From contig NW_027254447.1 in the NCBI RefSeq assembly GCF_044704955.1, forward strand, positions 186,001 to 250,000: a stretch of 64,000 nt of DNA. Reading direction: 5' to 3'. How positions within the stretch are numbered: position 1 is the first letter of the stretch; each line of letters opens with the position of its first letter. This stretch comes from Pristiophorus japonicus. Taxonomy: Eukaryota. The notes under the pieces are model-generated. The model saw nothing but the letters and a program-made list of their open reading frames with translations. It was not told the origin of the DNA and did not search any database. Of this stretch, positions 38,136 to 52,275 are shown piece by piece. Both the position numbers and the translations under genes were made by a program.

Positions 38136-40188
38136 TTAACCTATTGTGGTGGGGGGGGAGTGGAGTCGTTTGTTGACCTCCACTCCCTCAGCAGCCCAGC
38201 GAGCAATGTTTTGAGCCGACGCAGCTCAAGGCTTTACGCCTTTGATAAGGGACCACCCGCGGCCATGGTTTTAGCGGCAGCGCAGATGGACCTGATGAGG
38301 AGCGCCGGCTCGGACCATTTTTCCAGGGCCAGATGGGCTCATTTGTGGCGAGCCTGGCTCTGGACCATAAAGTCCCGGAGTTCCTTTACAGGAATGAGGG
38401 GGGACTCAGCAGCGGGCACGAGGAGATCCACCACCTCACTGGCGATGGACTCCAGATCTTCTCCCGCACCCTCCACCGAGTCCCCATCCCCCTCCGGGAG
38501 TTCACCGCTAGCAGCCGGTCCATCGACCACCCGAGGTGCGACAAACGGCCCGGCCACTCCATCCGGCCCTGGCTCTGCCCCGATCCCGCCACCATGATCG
38601 TCGGCAGACGAGTCCCCACTGGGCTATTTTAATTGTGGTGCTGGGTCAGGAAGCAGCAGCGGAAGGGGTTCCTCCTCAGCCCCAGGCACCGGGGAACATG
38701 GAGAGACCTGGTCGAAGAACTGCTCCAGGTCCTCCAAGTACCCCACCTCCAAAGTTGGGGGCGAGGGTTGGTATTCTTCCCCATTCCCGCCGCCACCCCC
38801 CAGCCCAGTGTGTGTCGGTTCTTTAAAATTATTAAAATTTTATTTATCTGCCAGATCGAGCAGATCCCGGGAGATGTTGTATATTGGCTGAGCGGGCTCA
38901 GGTTCGGCCTTTTCAGCCCTGCCCACCTCAGTCCCTGGGATGCCCGACCCAGCGGCGACGCATTCCTCCGCCGGCCCCACGCCCCCCACAACAGGCAGAT
39001 CTTCCTCGCCATCCCCGGGAGGCAGAGGCTGGGCAGCCTCGACTGTCTGACTCTCCCCGGGGACAGATTCTCCCCCACCTACGGCGCGGTTTGGGGGTGC
39101 TGGTGGGGGACGCGGGACATGTGGCAGGCACCAACTCCTCCGTGGAGGGATATTGTTCCCCTTCCACCTCATTGGAGCGGTGCCTCCTTTTTTGTCTGGG
39201 GGAGGGGGCGCGGAGACAGGGAGACCTCAATGACTGCCGAGGCCTCCCGCTCCACTCCCCCCTTTTATTTTTCGTGCCCACGCCCAAGCCCCTCTGCGGT
39301 ATTGGTCGAGGGCTTGGGCACGGGCTCAGGGCAGGTGACAGAGGTAGGCCGGGTGCGGTGATGAGGCTGTCCGGTGCTCAGGGGACCCGCCTCGAGGTAT
39401 TTCACCTTCCTCCATGCCTTCCTTCCACCCGGACGCTCTCCCTCCTCACCGCCGGAGGCCATGAAGACAAAGGCCTCCAACGATGTCCGCGCATCCACGC
39501 GGATGCTACTAGGGGGAGGGGTGGCGATGGCGCCAGCCTTGGCTGCCTTTGGTGTTTTGGTGGCCTTGGAGGTGGGGCAGTTCTTACGAACATGCCCCAC
39601 CTCCCTACAGGCATGGCACCGCACGCCGTCCAACGTCCCCTCGTGCACCACGTTAAAGGTGCCCTCTGTCATCTCCTCCCGCGCCAGCCGGACAAAAAGC
39701 TGGCGCTGGAAGGAGAACACATGATGCAGGCTGGTCTCCCTGAGACCGAGCGGTATCGGGTTAATCCCCGACCTTACCTCCCCCAGTTGATGTAGGTGGG
39801 GGAGCAGGAGCTCAGCGGGAACAAAGGGCGGGACATTCGAAAGAATGATCCTCTGCGTGGTGGCCTCGAGAGGGTCCACCGGCTGGAATGTCTGACCCAC
39901 CGTGTGCCCCTTTTCAAGGGCCAGGGACACCACCCGCTCTGACCCCAGGAAGAACACAGCCTTCCTGGACATCTTGAAGGCCACGACAATAGCCGAGGGG
40001 CCGACTACCCCAGCCATCGCCCACACGCAGTCCTTGATGCTCATAGTGAGGTGAGTGTAGCTCTTGACCCCATGTTTTTTAGTTATTAATCTAAATGGTA
40101 GCAGTGCAGCTGGATGCGCAGTGGCTGTGGAAGCCACCTGCGCGTAAGTCTTAACTGGCCCTGCCACCGACATAGATGGGGTTGCCAT
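38136..40188 (-). pseudogene. Tx1-like ORF1 (gag-like, zinc knuckle), frameshifted
   Basis: IILSNVPPFVP and CHACREVGHVRKNC in ORF 39265..40191; 3' end approximate. Confidence 0.8.
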
Positions 40189-40989
40189 CACGGGGTCCCT
40201 TTAAGGGTTACACTCACCCCAAGGTCACAGGCCTTAATGGTCTTAATAGGCCTCGTTAAATGTGGGAGCAGAGGGAGCTCTTAATGAGGCACACCTCTCC
40301 CCTAGTTAACGATTAGGAAGGGGCCTTGCTCCCTCTGCTCATTGTCTTGATTTTTTAATTAGGAGGAAAGAGCTCTCAGGGAGAGAGGGGAGAGACAGAG
40401 AGAGTGACAGAGAGAGAGGGGGGGTGGGAAAGAGGGAAGCTGTGAGGGCAGGTCTCCCCTCACAGTGCTGGGTGGGTGTTTTGCTGGGGTGCACTCCCCA
40501 GATGGCAAAATAACAGTCTTATTAGGTGGTCTTTGGGGGGGAGGGGTTCTGCTTCGACTACCCATTCAGGCAGTGAGTTCCAGACCCCCACCCTCTGCGT
40601 GAAGAAATTTCCCCTCTAAACCTGCTAATTACTTTAAATTTATGTCCCCTGTGCTAAGGGAAATAGGACGTTTACGGCACAGAAGGTACAGCATATTCCA
40701 GTGAAGGTAACACTGAAACAACTAATATAGTTACAGCAGTGACAGATAAGAAAGATGTTGAATTAAACGGTGGGAGGAAGGCAGCATCAGGGCGGAAGGT
40801 CAGTGAGGGTCTTTTGCCCTCACAGAAGGACTCCCAAGTCCTGACCAGAAGTGACCCTCAGGCAATCTCGGATACAAACCGGTCAATGTCTGTCGAACAT
40901 GTAGATATCTCGATCGATAAAGAACAGAGTATGGCTTGGGAGGGGATGTAACTGATAAACTAATTCAAGAATTTGAGATTGTGGCGAGC

Positions 40990-41145
40990 AGTAAATCTGA
41001 TTGGTCTCTTTAAATATCCAATCAGAGAATTACAGAACAATGGAAATTGACAACGCAGCGAATGCACCAATCACAATCGTTGCCTTCACCCATCCCTCAT
41101 TAGCATAGGGCTGTGGGCGGAGTGTGGGGCTGCCTATATAATACG
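40990..41145 (+). promoter_or_regulatory. H2B promoter (second copy)
   Basis: CCAAT boxes, CTCATTAGCAT, GC box and TATATAA; paralogous to 31140-31290. Confidence 0.8.
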
Positions 41146-41193
41146 AGCTCCGAGCTAAGTTTACGTCATGTCTGGGTCGGATTGAACAAGACG

Positions 41194-41571
41194 ATGCCTG
41201 AAGAGAAGAAATCAGTTACTGCCAAGAAAGGCGCCAAGAAAGTGATCAAGAAAACGCCACCGAAGGGCGGCAAGAGGCGCAGAAAGTCGAGGAAGGAGAG
41301 TTACTCCATCTACATCTACAAAGTGATGAAGCAGGTTCATCCCGACACCGGCATCTCCTCCAAGGCTATGGGCATCATGAACTCGTTTGTGAACGATATT
41401 TTCGAGCGCATCGCGGGTGAGGCTTCCCGCCTGGCCCATTATAATAAGCGCTGCACCATCAGCTCCCGGGAAATCCAGACCGCCGTGCGCCTGCTGCTGC
41501 CCGGGGAGCTGGCTAAGCACGCCGTGTCGGAAGGGACAAAGGCGGTGACCAAGTACACCAGCTCCAAGTAA
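41194..41571 (+). CDS. H2B: Histone H2B (replication-dependent)
   Basis: Intact ORF; NKRCTISS variant. Confidence 0.97.
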   Translation: MPEEKKSVTAKKGAKKVIKKTPPKGGKRRRKSRKESYSIYIYKVMKQVHPDTGISSKAMGIMNSFVNDIFERIAGEASRLAHYNKRCTISSREIQTAVRLLLPGELAKHAVSEGTKAVTKYTSSK

Positions 41572-41601
41572 AACGCTGACGAAACAAACCCCAAACACAA
41601 C

Positions 41602-41617
41602 GGCTCTTTTAAGAGCC
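41602..41617 (+). terminator. Histone 3' stem-loop
   Basis: GGCTCTTTTAAGAGCC-ACCCA plus GAAAGAGCTG. Confidence 0.93.
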
Positions 41618-42428
41618 ACCCACAACCTCTCTGAAAGAGCTGCACAAACGCGTCATCCTTTAATCTCAATTTACTGTAATTATTTCCTGAGCATGTGTTT
41701 TTGACAACATTTAAAGATCCAGGGTAGATTTAGATACGAATTTTCAGATAATTGGTTTTACTGTCCGGTTCAGCCTTAGCTTCGTTGATGAAGTTCCCTC
41801 CCAGTAAAATATAAACTCCCTGGTCGCCTGCCGACGAATTATGGTCTTGTTTTAGACTTTACTCACCTCATTCTCTCTCAAGCCCTTTTTCAAAAAAAAA
41901 ATCTAGTTAGTCAACCCGCTTATTACCCGGAGCCTGCGTGTGCAACAACTCAGAATGGAAGTTCTTACAGAGACCAGAACGGGGCAGTTGGAACACTCTG
42001 TCCCTCTTCTCTTTTCACAGAAGGACTTCCAGTTCTGGTCTCACTCCCGCCTGTGCGGAGGATTATCCATGATCTGTGATTCCCAAATTGTACAAAGAAT
42101 GAGCTGGAATGTGTCCCGTAACAGAATGTTTGAAAGTGAACCCTAATTTAATCCTGATTGTAACATCCTGGAATTTGGAAGGCAATATGGAATAAAATGT
42201 GTTTGGAAATCTTTGGCTAATGATGAATTTATTAACATAATCCGCATTGTAAAAATTACGGGCGGGGTTTTTGAAATTGAAGATTCGTTGGAAGTCGAAC
42301 AATAATTTTCGCCCTCTTTTCAGTGGCAGGCTAAGCAGATGGTGATTGGTCATCGGAAAAGACCAATGAAATGCACCGCAGAGCGACCAATCACAAGTTC
42401 ACTCCCTGTATCCCTCCAGAATGTATAA

Positions 42429-42866
<438 letters not shown>

Positions 42867-42896
42867 AGCGGACAAGATTTAATCTAATAACCCAAA

Positions 42897-42912
42897 GGCT
42901 CTTTTCAGAGCC
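42897..42912 (+). terminator. Histone 3' stem-loop
   Basis: GGCTCTTTTCAGAGCC. Confidence 0.9.
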
Positions 42913-43006
42913 GACCACAGTATCTGTGGAAGGGCTGCTTACTGACTTAATTGAGTCAGAGCCCTTTAATTCATGTACCGATAGATTGGCTTATTTCAGA
43001 CCTGTA

Positions 43007-43282
43007 AACATAGAAAATAGGTGCAGGAATAAGCCATTCGGCCCTTCGAGCCTGCACCACCATTCAGTAAGATCATGGCTGATCTTTCACCTCAGTACCC
43101 TTTTCCTGCTTTCTCTCCACACCCCTTGATCTCTTTAGCCATAAGGGCCACATCGAACTCCCTCTTGAATATATCTAACGAACTGGCATCAACAACTCTG
43201 CAGTAGGGAATTCCACAGGTTAACAACTCTTGAGTGAAGAAGTTTCTCCTCATCTCAGTCCCAAATGGCTTACCCCTTATCC
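43007..43282 (-). mobile_element. CR1 3' tail insertion
   Basis: Absent from the paralogous spacer at ~33250; GTA is duplicated at the ends. Confidence 0.88.
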
Positions 43283-43913
43283 GTATGGGGGAGTTTTCAG
43301 TTCCCGTTCTCTGCATTACGGTTCTCTGCTCACACATACACTCTTCCAGTTAACAGCGAATAACTGAACTACAGTTGTCACTCAACAATTGTATAAATAC
43401 CGCCACCGGTTCTTTAAATATTCTTTAGTCTGTCTATGAAAATTAGAGAGTTGGCGGTGATGAATTAATATAGTAATCAAAGAGCCTAGTTTAATTCTGG
43501 TCTGGTTTGAGATAATTTGAATGCTGCTTCTGTTCCCAGGCTGTATATTTCTCTGCTAAGCCAGCCAGTTCAGACCGCATTGCATCAGCGAGCGATGTGC
43601 ACACACAGGACCCGGATCCATTGCAGTGCTTCCCAGATCTGCCTGCCCCCATTCTCCGGCAACACCGAATGGGGAAATCTGTGCTTTGCCCCGGGGAACT
43701 TGGGGTCAGAGCGACGCAAAGCCGATGTCAGTTTCTGAAAATATTAAAGGGCTCATTAGTTATTAGTCAATAACTCCCATATGAACGGAGCTGGTATATA
43801 AATACACGATCAGTAATCAGTCCCACACCCTCTGCCCGTCCCTACAGTGGGTTAATGAACAACACGAAGCTCTGGTTACAGGAGATCGCAGCTCTTTCCT
43901 TTGCTGATTTAGT

Positions 43914-43929
43914 GGCTCTGAAAAGAGCC
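43914..43929 (-). terminator. Histone 3' stem-loop (H3)
   Basis: GGCTCTTTTCAGAGCC on the minus strand, then AGGAAAGAGCTG. Confidence 0.92.
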
Positions 43930-43974
43930 GTTGTTGCACTTGGTGCTGAAGCTTCGAGCCGAGGCAGGGGAAGT

Positions 43975-44631
<657 letters not shown>

Positions 44632-45005
44632 TTAAAGAAACTCTAATTTCCCGCCAGCAATTTAAGAATCCGCTCTTTATAACGGCGATTGTGCCCCATT
44701 ATAAGTCACCAATCCCACTCTCTGCAACATTCCGGTTTGAATTCTGTTCCATTCCCTGATCGGTCTGTACCAGGCGGGAATAAATCCCCGGTCACTGCTT
44801 CCTGTAAACACAAATTCCCGCATTGATCCCGCCAGAGTCCCGTTTAACCGAATCTCACAACATGACAGGAATTATCTGTGAGGGGAGACTGTAATGTTTG
44901 GGTAAAGGGGACGGTGTATCCCGCCCGGTGGTAATTGTGACTGTCAGCCGGAGTTTTTGATCTCTCATATTTACAATAGTTGTAAAATATTTAATAATTC
45001 CCATA

Positions 45006-45097
45006 TTCCTACAGCGACTACACTCCAAAAGTACTTCATTGGTCTTGAGACGTTCGGTGGTCGTGAAAGGCGCTATATAAATCCAAATATTTCTTTC
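45006..45097 (+). mobile_element. L2/SINE-type 3' tail fragment
   Basis: AAAGTACTTCATTGG...GTCGTGAAAGGCGCTATATAAAT..TTTCTTTC resembles L2-dependent SINE tails. Confidence 0.6.
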
Positions 45098-45184
45098 CAT
45101 GAATTAAACAGCCGAAACCATTTCCCAACCAAACTGTACGCGCTCCCATCCCCAGGTCGCTGCTCTCTCTGTGAGGCGGTGGGT

Positions 45185-45200
45185 GGCTCTTAGAAGAGCC
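45185..45200 (-). terminator. Histone 3' stem-loop (H4)
   Basis: GGCTCTTCTAAGAGCC-ACCCA on the minus strand. Confidence 0.92.
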
Positions 45201-45233
45201 TTTGTGTTGTGTTTGGGGGAAGGGTCGCGTTAT

Positions 45234-45554
<321 letters not shown>

Positions 45555-46323
45555 TCACTTAAACAGCCGCTGAATAAGACGGAGCTGCTCCCGGCTCTTT
45601 TTTTTTAGAGCCGGAGCCGATCTGACTGAGAACGCGCAGAGTGAGAGAGGCGGGAAGGGGAGGAGACAGAGTTAAGATTGACAGACAGAGCAGAGAGCAG
45701 CCTCTGATCTTCCAGCTCCGCCTCCAGCTTTCTGCAGCCGCCAATTTCAATCCGTTTTCCGACAATAGAACCGAAACACAGCGCTCCGCACAAACTCTTA
45801 CAGACTCGGAATTCATCTTCAAGGCTTCCAGGAATCAGAAGCTTTTAAATGTCCAGTTACAATTAACAATCACGAATATTCCCGCCTATATACAGCCCCT
45901 TCCCTGTCAATCTCAAACCTTGTATCATCTCCCCACACTTCCTCTCACAGACAGGTTCAGCAATTTACAAACACCTTATTCCAGCTGATTTGGAGAATGT
46001 GGTGTTTGGGGTTTGAGTTGTGAGGCGGGGTATCTCCGCCAGTATCACCGTCTCAGACTCTCCCCCTAAATCTGTGAAATAACAATGACCAGGAACTGAG
46101 ACTGGAGCCGAACACATCCCCAGTTACAGTGAGGCCCGGGCCGGACATCCCATTCTCTGTGTGTTTTATTGCAGACACTGGGGGAGGGGTGGGTGCAGCC
46201 AATGTCAGCGGGTCAAAAGGGATCCTGGCTTCATGTTCAATGACTTCTGTCTGAAATCTGAGCCCGGCCCCGGGACAGGGAGCATTTGATTCGGGGATCA
46301 ACTCTTTTCTGAGAGGCGTGGGT

Positions 46324-46339
46324 GGCTCTGAGAAGAGCC
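46324..46339 (-). terminator. Histone 3' stem-loop (H1)
   Basis: GGCTCTTCTCAGAGCC-ACCCA on the minus strand. Confidence 0.92.
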
Positions 46340-46374
46340 ATTGGGTCCAGGTGTTTACAAGTTGCACTTTTTAT

Positions 46375-47034
46375 TTACTTTTTGGATGCTGCTTTCTTGG
46401 GTTTTGCTGATTTGGCCTTGGCCCTCGCTTTTTCCACCTCTTTGGCCGCCTTCACCTTTGCGCCTGAGGCCTTCTTGGGGCCCTTGGGCTTCTGCGCCGC
46501 TGCCTTCTTCCCAGCCGCAGCTTTCGCTGTCTTTTTTACTGTTGGCGCCTTCTTGGTGCTCGTTTTCTTGGCGGGAGATTTCTTGGCTGCTGGTTTCTTG
46601 GTCAGAGATGTCTTGGCTGCTGGTTTCTTGGCTGGAGATTTCTTGACTGCTGGTTTCTTCACCTCGCTTCCCACTTTCCCCTGGTTTTCCTTCTTAGCGA
46701 CTTTGAAGGAGCCCGAGGCGCCCGTGCCCTTGGTCTGCACCAGGAAGCCATTTGTCACATTCCTCTTGATACTGAACCTGATCTGGGACCTGCGCTTCTC
46801 CACATCCACGCCTTTGGCCGCCAGAGCCTTCTTTATCGCGGCCAGAGACATCCCCTTGCGATCGCTGCCATCGGCCACAACCTTGAGGATATATTCGCCC
46901 AACGTGGGGCCGACTGGCTTGGAGCGGGGAGCCGCCGCCTTCTTCTTACTGTGAGCCTTGGTTTGAACGGCGGCGGCAGGAGGAGCCGTTTCGGCGGCAG
47001 CAGGAGCCGTTTCGGCGGCTGCAGTGTCAGTCAT
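46375..47034 (-). CDS. H1: Linker histone H1
   Basis: Globular domain RKGMSLAAIKKAL...LVQTKGTGASGSFK; K/A/P-rich tail with KSPAK motifs. Confidence 0.96.
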   Translation of the reverse strand: MTDTAAAETAPAAAETAPPAAAVQTKAHSKKKAAAPRSKPVGPTLGEYILKVVADGSDRKGMSLAAIKKALAAKGVDVEKRRSQIRFSIKRNVTNGFLVQTKGTGASGSFKVAKKENQGKVGSEVKKPAVKKSPAKKPAAKTSLTKKPAAKKSPAKKTSTKKAPTVKKTAKAAAGKKAAAQKPKGPKKASGAKVKAAKEVEKARAKAKSAKPKKAASKK

Positions 47035-47099
47035 GTCGGTGACTCTGGAAAATCTCTGACAGTCAGAGCTCGGTCAGATATGAAACAGGAGGCGGCGGC

Positions 47100-47185
47100 A
47101 CAGAGCAACTTAAAGGCAGCGAGCGGACGGGGCGGAGACATCCTGCTGTCAGCTCCCCGCCCCTCCAGCCTCTCTGTGTTTCTCT
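47100..47185 (-). promoter_or_regulatory. H1 promoter
   Basis: H1 box AAACACA (47175-47181), GC box (~47157) and TATA-like TTTAAG (~47110). Confidence 0.7.
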
Positions 47186-47967
47186 CTCCTCATTAACTGT
47201 CCGATTCCAATTCAATCCGGGCCCTCCAGATTCCCAGACTGGCCTCTTTCTGTCCCGAACACCGGGATGTTTGTTGTCGAGAAGGTTGCATCGGAATTGA
47301 AGGCAGCAATTTGGATTTAAACCGGTTTCATTGCTGCACTGATCGCGCTCTCTCACCCGATCGCGGACATTTTCTCTGTTTTTCGACTAAAATTTGAAAT
47401 CACATCAAACTTGACGTTTAATTCCCACTTTAGACCTGAGCAGGGGAGCAGGGCGATCCTGTGACAGGGAAATCTTTGAATTTTACACAAGAGGGACTCT
47501 GGAATCCGGGGATGAGACGGACACACAAACACAGTGATATTAGTCTCACCGGCCCGCCCCTTTAACACACTCTCATCACACTCTGAAAGTGAGTTGTTAG
47601 GTGACTGAACAGTCCAATACGGGAATTACAGTCTCTGTCACAGGTGGGACAGTTAGTCTTTGACGGTAAGGGAGGGTGGGACTAGTTTGCCGCACGCTCT
47701 TTCCGCTGCCTGCGCTTATTTTCTGCATGCTCTCGGCGATGAGACTCGACCGCTCAGCGCCCTCCCGGATGCACTTCCTCAACTTCGGGCGGTCTTTGGC
47801 CAGGGACTCCCAGGTGTCGGTGGGGATGTTGCACTTTATCAGAGAGGTTTTGAGGGTGTCCTTGTAACGTTTCCTCTGCCCACCTTGGGCTTGCTTGCCG
47901 TGTAGGAGTTCTGAGTAGAGCGCTTGCTTTGGGAGTCTTGTGTCAGGCATGCGAACAATGTGGCCTC

Positions 47968-48235
47968 TGTCATGTATCTCACATTACTGTATATAACTGT
48001 ATCTTACCATGCTATACATGACTGTAACTGGATATGACCTGTAACAATAAGCATACCTTACCACCAGGGGTGCACTTGCAGGAGACACTCCATACCTGTC
48101 CCACTGAGGTATATAAAGGGAGGTCTCAGGCATGTGCAGCACTGGAGAGCTGTGAATTAAAGGTGCAGGTCCTGAGTGACCTTGACTTCAGCATGCGTCT
48201 CGTGCAAGTCAGTACATTAGAGTCAGGACTTAACA
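47968..48235 (+). repeat. 5' LTR
   Basis: TGTCATGTATC...GACTTAACA, contains TATATAAA. Confidence 0.95.
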
Positions 48236-48270
48236 GTGGCGACGAGTTACGGGATCACAGAATCCACAGA

Positions 48271-51200
48271 ATGGCTACCAACAGCTCAGATGAGAAATAC
48301 AATGCTGGAGACAATTGGGATGACTTTATAGAAAGGCTCCAGCAAAGCTTTGTGACCAAAGACTGGCTGGGCGATGATAAGGCAGACAAGAGAAGAGCCC
48401 ATCTCTTGACCAGCTGTGGCTCGAAAACATATGCTTTAATGAAAAACCTGCTGGCACCCAAGAAACCAGCAAGCAAGTTGTTTGAGGAGTTGAGCACACT
48501 GGTGCGAGACCACCTGAAGCCAGCGAGCAGCCTACACATGGCCAGACACAGGTTCTACAACTACAGATGCTGTGTGGACCAAAGCATACCCGACTTGGTG
48601 GCGGAACTTCGGAGGCTGGCTAGTTCATGTGAGTTCCCTGATGAACTAAGGAGAGAAGTACTGAGAGACTTTTTTATTGAAGGAATAGGCCATGCAGGCA
48701 TATTCCGAAAGCTTATAGAGACTAAGAGCTTGACTCTAGAGGCAGCAACACTGGTCTCATAGACATTCTTGGCAGGCGAAGAAGAAACGAAGCTGATCTA
48801 TACTTCGGGTAGTACAACCAACGAGGCATCGGAACAAGGGATTCACATTGTGAAACAAACTGCTACCCCCACACACAGACAAAGGCATGAGAGCAGGCCT
48901 TCAACAGCAGACAGTGGCGCCAGAGGCCATCAAAATCAAGGGCCACTTGAACGGCCGATCACACCTCATCAACCCACAATGCAAGCAATCAACAACAGAT
49001 TGAGAGAAGCTCAAGGGAGATCAGTCAGATGCGGCTCATCCTTCGGAAACAATGGAAACGGTCTGTGTTGGAGATGTGGGGGAAGGCACTCAACCAGGGT
49101 GTGTCGATTTCAGCATGCCGTTTTCAGAAACTGCAACTACATTGGCTTGCATGTCAGAAAAACAGCAACTCAGCTGGTATGCAAATTGGAAAGGTCGAAA
49201 AGCGGACCAGAAGATGGTTGGAATAGTGCACAGGATGCCGAGGTACAGCGGGTTAACATGATCAATGTCCACTGTTCTTACACCAAGTTGCCTCCAATTA
49301 TGATGAGGGTTCTACTCAATGGGATACCCGTCAACATGGAGCTGGACACAGGGGCCAGTCAATCCCTCATGAGCGTTCAACAATTTGAACAGCTGTGGCC
49401 GCACAAAAGCAACAGACCAAAACTCACAAAGATCGACACCAAACTAAGGACCTATAGTAAAGAAATCATCCCAGTCCTTTCCAGCGCCATGCTCTCGGTC
49501 ACACACAAAGGGATGGTGAACCGACTTTCCCAGTGGATTGTCCCCGGGGATCTCCCAGCCTTGTTAGGGAGAAGCTGGCTAGCAGAACTTAATTGGAAAT
49601 GGGATGATGTTCATGCCATGTCGTCAGAGGAACGAACCTCCTGCTCAACAGTTCTAAGCCGTTTTGAACATCTCTTTCAGCAGGTGTGGGCACCTTCAAA
49701 GGGGTAAAGTTAAAATTTACATCACACAGAATGCCAGACTGGTCCATCACAAGGCTAGAACTGTACCTTATGTGATGAGGGAAAAGATTGAAAATGACCT
49801 GGACCAGCTTCTGCGGGAAGGCATAATTTCTCCCGTGGAATTCAGTGACTGGGCAAGCCCCATCATCCCCGTCATGAAGCCTGATGGATCCGTGTGAATC
49901 TGTGGGGATTACAAGTCTACCATCAACAAAGTCTCCCTACAGGACCAATACCCGCTTCCCAGAGCGGAGGACCTATTTGCCACGTTGGCTGGAGGAAAAC
50001 TTTTCTCGAAACTTGCCCTCACATCTGTGTATATGACGCAAGAACTGACCGAAGAGTCTAGGTTACTCACCACCATCAACACACATCGAGGCCTTTTTGG
50101 GTACAATCGATGCCCATTCGGCATCAGGTCGGCAGCTGCTATATTCCAGCGCAACATGGAGAGTCTGCGCAAGTCCATTCCGGGGACGGTTGTGTTTCAA
50201 GATGACATACTCATCACGGGCAGGGACACCGACTCTCATCTCCGCAATCTTGAGGAAGTACTAAGTCGATTGGATCGGCTAGGCCTAAGAGTTAAGAAAC
50301 CCAAGTGTCTGTTTCTCACATCTGAGGTTGAATTTTTGGGCAGAAGGATTGCCGCTGATGGAATCCGCCCAACCGAATCCAAAACTGAAGTGATTCACCT
50401 AGTACCCAGGCCCCGGAATATCTCACAACTGCGCGCCTTTCTGGGCTACTCAATTACTTTGGGAACTTTATGCAGAACTTGAGCACACTGCTGGAGCCTC
50501 TCCATGTGCTACTCAGAAAGGGGTGCGATTGGTTTTGGCGGGACACCCAAGAACGTGCCTTCCATAAGGCACACAACCTTCTATGTTCCAAGAGTGTTTT
50601 AGCTTTTTTTGACCCAGGTAAAAAGTTAGTCCTTACTTGTGATGCATCAGCATACGGGGTCGGGTACATTTTACAGCACGTCAATGATGCGGGTAAATTG
50701 CAGCCCGTTGCTTATGCCTCCAGGTTACTTTCGCGGGCGGAGCGCGGGTATGGTATGGTTGAGAAGGAGGTGCTCGCGTGCATGTACGGTGTCAAAAAGA
50801 TACACCAATACCTTTTCGGGGCCAAGTTTGCATTAGAAACCGACCACAAACCCTTCAAGTCCCTACTATCGGAGTGCAAGGCAATCAACGGCAATGCCTC
50901 GGTGCGCATTCAGCGGTGGGCACTCATGCTGGCAGCTTACGACTACACGATAAGGCACAGACGAGGCACAGACAACTGTGCCGACGCGCTTAGCAGGCTA
51001 CCCCTGGCAACCATAGAAGGGTCCGACGAACAGGACTGTGAGATGGTCATGGCATCAATGCCTTTGAATCCACAGGTTCGCCCATGATGGCTCGCCAAAT
51101 CAGAGCCTGGATGACCAGCGACCTCACGTTATGTCTAGTTAAAAGATGCGTTTTAATTGGTGACTGGGCAGAGGCTCGCGATGCCTGCCCTGAGGAGGTC

Positions 51201-52275
51201 AAACCCTTAGGCGCATGCATGAACTCTCAATACAGGCAGACTGCCTGATGTGGGGCAGCTGAGTAGTTATACCCTTACGAGGCAGGGAGGCATTTGTCCA
51301 GGAGCTTCATCGTGAACACCCGGGGATCGTCCTTATGAAGGCCATAGCCAGATCTCATGTCTGGTGGCCTGGCATTGATGCAGACTTGGAGCTCTGCGTC
51401 CGTTGGTGCACCATTTGTGCCCAACACAGTAATGCCCCCAAGGAGGCCCCCCTTAGCCCCTGGCCCACCAAACCATGGTCACGGGTGCATGTGGACTATG
51501 CAGGCCCATTCATGGGCAAAATGTTCCTTGTAGTCGTTGATGCATTTTCAAAATGGATCGAGTGCACCATTTTAAACTCGAGCACCAACTCCACCACTGT
51601 GGAGAGCCTTAGAACCATGTTTGCAACGCACGGCATTCCTGACATATTGGTCAGTGATAATGGTCCGCGCTTCACCAGTGCAGAATTTCACAATTTTATA
51701 GTTGACCACGGTATAAATCACGTTAAGATGGCACCTTTTAAGCCAGCCTCCAATGGCTAGGTGGAGTGTGCAGTGCAGATCATTAAACAAGGCATGCTCA
51801 GAATCCAAAGTGCCATGCTGCAGAGCCACCTGTCGTGACTGCTGCTGGCATACAGATCTCGTCCGCATTCATTGACTGGGGTTCCCCTCGTGCAACTATT
51901 GATGAAATGAACCTTAAAGACCAGGCTCTCGTTAGTCCTCCCAGACATGCATGAAATTGTTGAGGCTGAGCATCAAAAGCTAACTGAGTACCATGACCGA
52001 AATTCGGGGGGAGGTGGAATGAGATAGGGGACAAAGTGTTTGTGCTAAACTATGGCCGGGGTCCCAAATGGCTTGCAGGGACAGTAACAGACAAAGAGGG
52101 AAACAGGCTGCTGGTTATACAAATGGACAATGGCCAAACCTGCCAGAGGCATGTTGACCAAGTAACAAGTAGATTCACTGATAACACTGAAGAACCAGAG
52201 GCAGACTACAATGTGGAACTCACACCACACCTAGTGGACAGACAGGTGGAACAACCTGAGGAAAGGGCAGTCTGA
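48271..52275 (+). pseudogene. Gypsy gag-pol polyprotein, multiple stops/frameshifts
   Basis: Gag CWRCGGRH, protease LDTGAS, RT FQDD, RNase H CDAS/TDHKP, integrase VHVDYAGP/SDNG. Confidence 0.92.

Larger units (their letters stand above)
34167..40540 (-). mobile_element. Tx1-like (L1 clade) non-LTR retrotransposon, near full length, decayed
   Basis: GC-rich; ORF1 with CCHC knuckle; ORF2 with APE endonuclease, RT and C-terminal Cys motif. Confidence 0.92.

Noticed and set aside
41168-41185. uORF (MSGSD*) before the second H2B
   Set aside because: It lies at about the expected transcription start and is absent in the paralog; no evidence of function
46322-46954. Long ORFs antisense to histones and RTs
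   Set aside because: Shadow ORFs expected from the codon bias of the sense-strand genes
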